Shown one piece after another: positions 60,309 to 64,000 of a stretch of 64,000 nt of DNA. Position 1 is the first letter of the stretch. Every line of letters begins with the position of its first letter. A model generated the notes under the pieces. The model ran no database searches and had not been told where the DNA came from. It saw nothing but the letters and a program-made list of their open reading frames with translations. The translations under genes and the position numbers were made by a program. Source of the stretch: an uncultured bacterium (lineage in GTDB: Bacteria; Babelota; Babeliae; Babelales; Vermiphilaceae); the NCBI GenBank assembly GCA_963713925.1, contig OY970212.1, positions 1,088,001-1,152,000 of the forward strand, given 5' to 3'.

Positions 60309-60908
60309 CTATTTTTTAGGCGCTTCGATAGTCGGCACCTTATATTTTTTTGAATCCAAAAGCAACCCCCCTCCATCTTGAGTAGCCAATTTCAGCGTAT
60401 CAATGAATTCCTTTTTTAAGGTTGAGAACCTTTTGGGTACCTCAATTTCAATCCCTTCTCTTCCATACCTTTTCGTATTGATTGCGTTTATTAAAGCTAC
60501 TCGAATTTTATTTTTTTGCAGATCAATAGTCTCCATGGTCGGTTCATCGAGCTCTATTTGCAAGACTTTATCAATCGCATCAATTCCTACATATTCAAAC
60601 GAATCTTGTGACAATTCTTTTTTCTTAAAATGAACTGCTTCTCTTGATTCATAAAAAAATTGACGATATTCATTACGATATTCTTCTAATGCTTTCTCGT
60701 ATGCTTTTAATTTTCTTTGACGCTCCATCTCTTCAGCTTCTTTTTTGTATAAATCCATTTTTTCTTTATACGTCATACCCTCTGTTCTCTCTTCTTCTGC
60801 TTTGCGCTGGTCTTCAAGCCTATCGAAATATCTCTGCAATTCGCTGGAATAAGAAAGGCTATAAATCATCGAAATGGAAACGAGCGCGAACAGTTGCATA
60901 TTTTTCAT
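60309..60908 (-). CDS. Secreted charged coiled-coil hypothetical protein
   Basis: Signal peptide; E/K-rich. Confidence 0.7.
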   Translation of the reverse strand: MKNMQLFALVSISMIYSLSYSSELQRYFDRLEDQRKAEEERTEGMTYKEKMDLYKKEAEEMERQRKLKAYEKALEEYRNEYRQFFYESREAVHFKKKELSQDSFEYVGIDAIDKVLQIELDEPTMETIDLQKNKIRVALINAINTKRYGREGIEIEVPKRFSTLKKEFIDTLKLATQDGGGLLLDSKKYKVPTIEAPKK

Positions 60909-60930
60909 GTATTCATCCGGTGCTGAAGAT

Positions 60931-62385
60931 TTAAAGATGTTTCTTTAACAATTCCTGAATTACTTGCGGGTTGCCTTTGCCTTTTGTCTTTTGCATTGCA
61001 AGGCCAACAAAGAAGCCAAACAATTTATCTTTACCCGATCTATAGTCAGCAACCTGCGCTTGATTTGATGCAACAATCTCTTTAATAATTGCTTCAAGCT
61101 CATCGGTGGATCCAACCTGCTCAAGGCCCAACTCTTTGACCAAGGCATCCGGCTCTTTGCCAGTGGCAGCGATAGCAGCAAAAATTTCTTGAGCCGCACG
61201 ATTGTTGATCACACCTGTTTCAAGGAGTTTCACCAAACGGGCTAATCGCTCAGGAGTCACTTTGCATGCAACCGGTGGAATTTTTGTTTCTTTGATATAA
61301 GCCATCAATTCACGCAAAATCCAATTGGCAACCTGCTTGCTTGGATTGATTTTGTGCGCTTGATCGAAATAGTAAGAAAGTTCCGGTTCATCAACCAAGA
61401 TATCAGCTTCTGCGGCAGTGAGTCCGGCATTTATAAAGCGATTTCTTTTTGCTTGTGGAAGCTCAGGCAACGATTGTTTCGCATCTGATAACATGTCAGA
61501 AGTGATTTCAACAAGCGGAAGATCCGGATCGTAGAAATAACGATAGTCGGCAGCTTCTTCTTTGCTTCTCATGACAAATGTTTTTTTAGCTTTTGTATCC
61601 CACAGCCGTGTTTCTTGGGTAATTTTTCCGCCCGCTTCAATTGTTTCAATTTGGCGTTCGATTTCATACTCGGTTGCATCGGAAATATATTTTATTGAGT
61701 TAATATTTTTCAACTCAACCCTGGTTCCCAATTTTGTCGCACCCTTCTTTTTGACTGAAATATTTGTGTCGGCACGGAATGCCCCCTCTTCCATATTTCC
61801 TGAACAAATGCCCAAATGGCGCACCAGCGTGTGTAGCTCTTTCAAGTAAGCACGCACTTGCGCCGCATCTTGCAAATCAGGTTCGGTAACGATTTCAAGA
61901 AGAGGTGTGCCGGTACGATTGAAATCAACAAAGCTTTCATTGCTGGAATCAAGGTGAAGATTTTTTCCCGCATCTTCTTCCATATGGATCCGCATGATGC
62001 GAATGTTTTTGGTGCTCCCATCTTCGAGTGTGATGGTGACATGCCCATTCGCGCAGATGGGCAAATCGCTTTGGCTGATTTGATAATTTTTTGGCAAATC
62101 AGGATAAAAATAATGTTTTCGAGCAAAGCAGGAGACCGGGGTGATTGAACAGTTTGTTGCCAGACCAAGCTTAATGGCATTATTGACAACTTCCTTGTTC
62201 AAAACCGGTAATGACCCGGGATATCCGGTGCAGATGATACAAATATTGGTGTTAGGCTCTTTGCTGACCTGATTCGCGCACGTGCAAAAAATTTTGCTTT
62301 TGGTATTCAATTGCACGTGAACTTCGATACCAATGGTAGCTTCATACGCAGGATAGTGATCAAGAATTGATTGCGGCTTGGACAT
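60931..62385 (-). CDS. gatB: Asp/Glu-tRNA amidotransferase subunit B
   Basis: IGIEVHVQL, RKHYFYPDLPKNYQISQ, HMEEDAGK and YRYFYDPDL motifs. Confidence 0.98.
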   Translation of the reverse strand: MSKPQSILDHYPAYEATIGIEVHVQLNTKSKIFCTCANQVSKEPNTNICIICTGYPGSLPVLNKEVVNNAIKLGLATNCSITPVSCFARKHYFYPDLPKNYQISQSDLPICANGHVTITLEDGSTKNIRIMRIHMEEDAGKNLHLDSSNESFVDFNRTGTPLLEIVTEPDLQDAAQVRAYLKELHTLVRHLGICSGNMEEGAFRADTNISVKKKGATKLGTRVELKNINSIKYISDATEYEIERQIETIEAGGKITQETRLWDTKAKKTFVMRSKEEAADYRYFYDPDLPLVEITSDMLSDAKQSLPELPQAKRNRFINAGLTAAEADILVDEPELSYYFDQAHKINPSKQVANWILRELMAYIKETKIPPVACKVTPERLARLVKLLETGVINNRAAQEIFAAIAATGKEPDALVKELGLEQVGSTDELEAIIKEIVASNQAQVADYRSGKDKLFGFFVGLAMQKTKGKGNPQVIQELLKKHL

Positions 62386-62403
62386 TGTAGAATTCCTTAG
62401 ACG

Positions 62404-64000
62404 TTATTTTTTTGCGCAGCATTTTTTACTTTTTTTGCCCGAACCACATGGACAGGCTTCGTTTCGGCCAACTTTTTCGCCACTTCGCACTTGTTGTTGT
62501 TGAGCCGGCTCTTCAGGCCCGCTGACTTGCATTTGTTCAAGCTCACGTTCACGACGATGCTCAAATTCATGCTGATCAAAATGCTCAAGATTCAGATGGA
62601 AAACATGATGGACAACCGTGCGTCTGATGCTTACAAGCATTTCTTCAAACATGGCAAACGCTTCTTTTTTGTATTCAATCAGTGGATTCTTTTGACCCAT
62701 TGAGCGCAGGTTAATGCCCTCTTTCAAGTGATCAAGGTTGAGCATGTGTTGTTTCCAGGCCAGATCCATGGTCTCAAGCAGGAGCCAGCGTTCTGCACCC
62801 TGAACCATTTCTTGATTTTTTTCAGTGCGATAGAGCTCATATTTTTCAAGCAAGAAATTAATGACATCTGAGATGAATTGATCAACACTCTTTTCATTAA
62901 ATCCTTGATCAATAAACATTTGCGGCTTCAAACCGGTCATTAATGATAATTCTTGGTGTATCGCTTGGACCTGCTCAGAAGTCATGGCGCGTCCGGCAGT
63001 GAATGCCCCGACAAGATCTTCAACGGCTCGTTCGATCATATCGCGCACGAGCGTGTAAATCTCTTCATTTCCTTCTAAAATAGAGCGACGGTAGCTGTAA
63101 ATAACTTTACGTTGTTGATTGAGCACGTCATCATATTCAAGCAAATGCTTACGTGTTTCAAAGTTTTGCTTTTCAACCTTTTCTTGCGCACGCTCGATCT
63201 GCTTTGAGACAAAATTTGATTCGATTACTTCATCTTCTTTCATCCCCGCCCATTCCATACGCTTTTTAAACGTATCGCCTGAGAAACGACGAATGAGATC
63301 ATCTTCCAAAGAAATATAAAAGCGAGATTCGCCGGCATCTCCCTGACGCCCGGATCGCCCGCGCAACTGGTTATCAATACGACGCGCTTCATGGCGCTCG
63401 GTGCCGAGAATATACAACCCGCCCAGCTTTCTTGATTCATCGGTAAGCTTAATATCAGTTCCGCGGCCGGCCATATTGGTTGCAATGGTAATACGGCCCG
63501 GTTCGCCCGCATGTGCTACGATTTCTGCTTCACGTTGGTGTTGCTTTGCGTTTAACACATCATGTGGAATACCGTGTTGGGCAAGTATGTGGCTCAAAAA
63601 TTCAGATGTTTCAATAGCGACCGTACCAATAAGCACTGGCTGACCTGTTTTGTGCCGTTCTTTGATATCTTCAACAATGGCCTTATATTTTGCATTCTTA
63701 TTCAAAAAGATAAGGTCAGATTTATCAGTACGAATCATCGGCTGATTCGTTGGAATCGAGACGACATCCAACTTATAAATCTTGTAAAATTCTTCCGCTT
63801 CGGTGGCCGCAGTACCGGTCATACCCGCAAGCTTCTTGTAAAGCCTGAAATAGTTTTGAAGCGTGATCGATGCAAGCGTTTGAGATTCTCGTTCGATTTC
63901 AACCTTTTCTTTTGCCTCAATTGCTTGGTGCAATCCATCTGAATAGCGTCGACCTGCCAGGATACGGCCAGTAAACTCATCTACGATGAGTACTTCCCCG
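62404..64000 (-). CDS. secA: Preprotein translocase SecA (C-terminal part; runs off the window)
   Basis: GMTGTA, LNAK, ATNMAGRGTDI, RRIDNQLRGRSGRQGD and the SEC-C motif GRNEACPCGSGKK. Confidence 0.98.
   Translation of the reverse strand, partial: GEVLIVDEFTGRILAGRRYSDGLHQAIEAKEKVEIERESQTLASITLQNYFRLYKKLAGMTGTAATEAEEFYKIYKLDVVSIPTNQPMIRTDKSDLIFLNKNAKYKAIVEDIKERHKTGQPVLIGTVAIETSEFLSHILAQHGIPHDVLNAKQHQREAEIVAHAGEPGRITIATNMAGRGTDIKLTDESRKLGGLYILGTERHEARRIDNQLRGRSGRQGDAGESRFYISLEDDLIRRFSGDTFKKRMEWAGMKEDEVIESNFVSKQIERAQEKVEKQNFETRKHLLEYDDVLNQQRKVIYSYRRSILEGNEEIYTLVRDMIERAVEDLVGAFTAGRAMTSEQVQAIHQELSLMTGLKPQMFIDQGFNEKSVDQFISDVINFLLEKYELYRTEKNQEMVQGAERWLLLETMDLAWKQHMLNLDHLKEGINLRSMGQKNPLIEYKKEAFAMFEEMLVSIRRTVVHHVFHLNLEHFDQHEFEHRRERELEQMQVSGPEEPAQQQQVRSGEKVGRNEACPCGSGKKSKKCCAKK

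Overview
This 64 kb window comes from a bacterial chromosome. Housekeeping genes (lysS, sodA, glmS, rpsI, tadA, gyrB, tilS, leuS, lspA, pheT, rsmA, mreB, glmU, sbcD, gatB, partial secA, tRNA-Thr, tRNA-Ser) are interspersed with many orphan signal-peptide proteins and eukaryote-like domains (cPLA2-type lipase, serpin-like, C2H2-like, ankyrin, Sel1, DnaJ). That pattern suggests an intracellular parasite of protists such as Dependentiae/TM6; this is an inference. The best-supported highlight is a complete IS110 element (33218-34414) whose 5' non-coding end folds as a bridge RNA. Its four guide segments match the element's own target flanks and donor junction around a CT core, and the predicted circular junction forms a promoter with 17-bp spacing. 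The intergenic DNA also carries several families of nested, covarying palindromic repeats. One family brackets a solo GIY-YIG nuclease gene and is fused to the CCA ends of both tRNAs; another forms ~260-300 bp inverted repeats around a peptidase gene. All calls are from manual reading; no searches were run.
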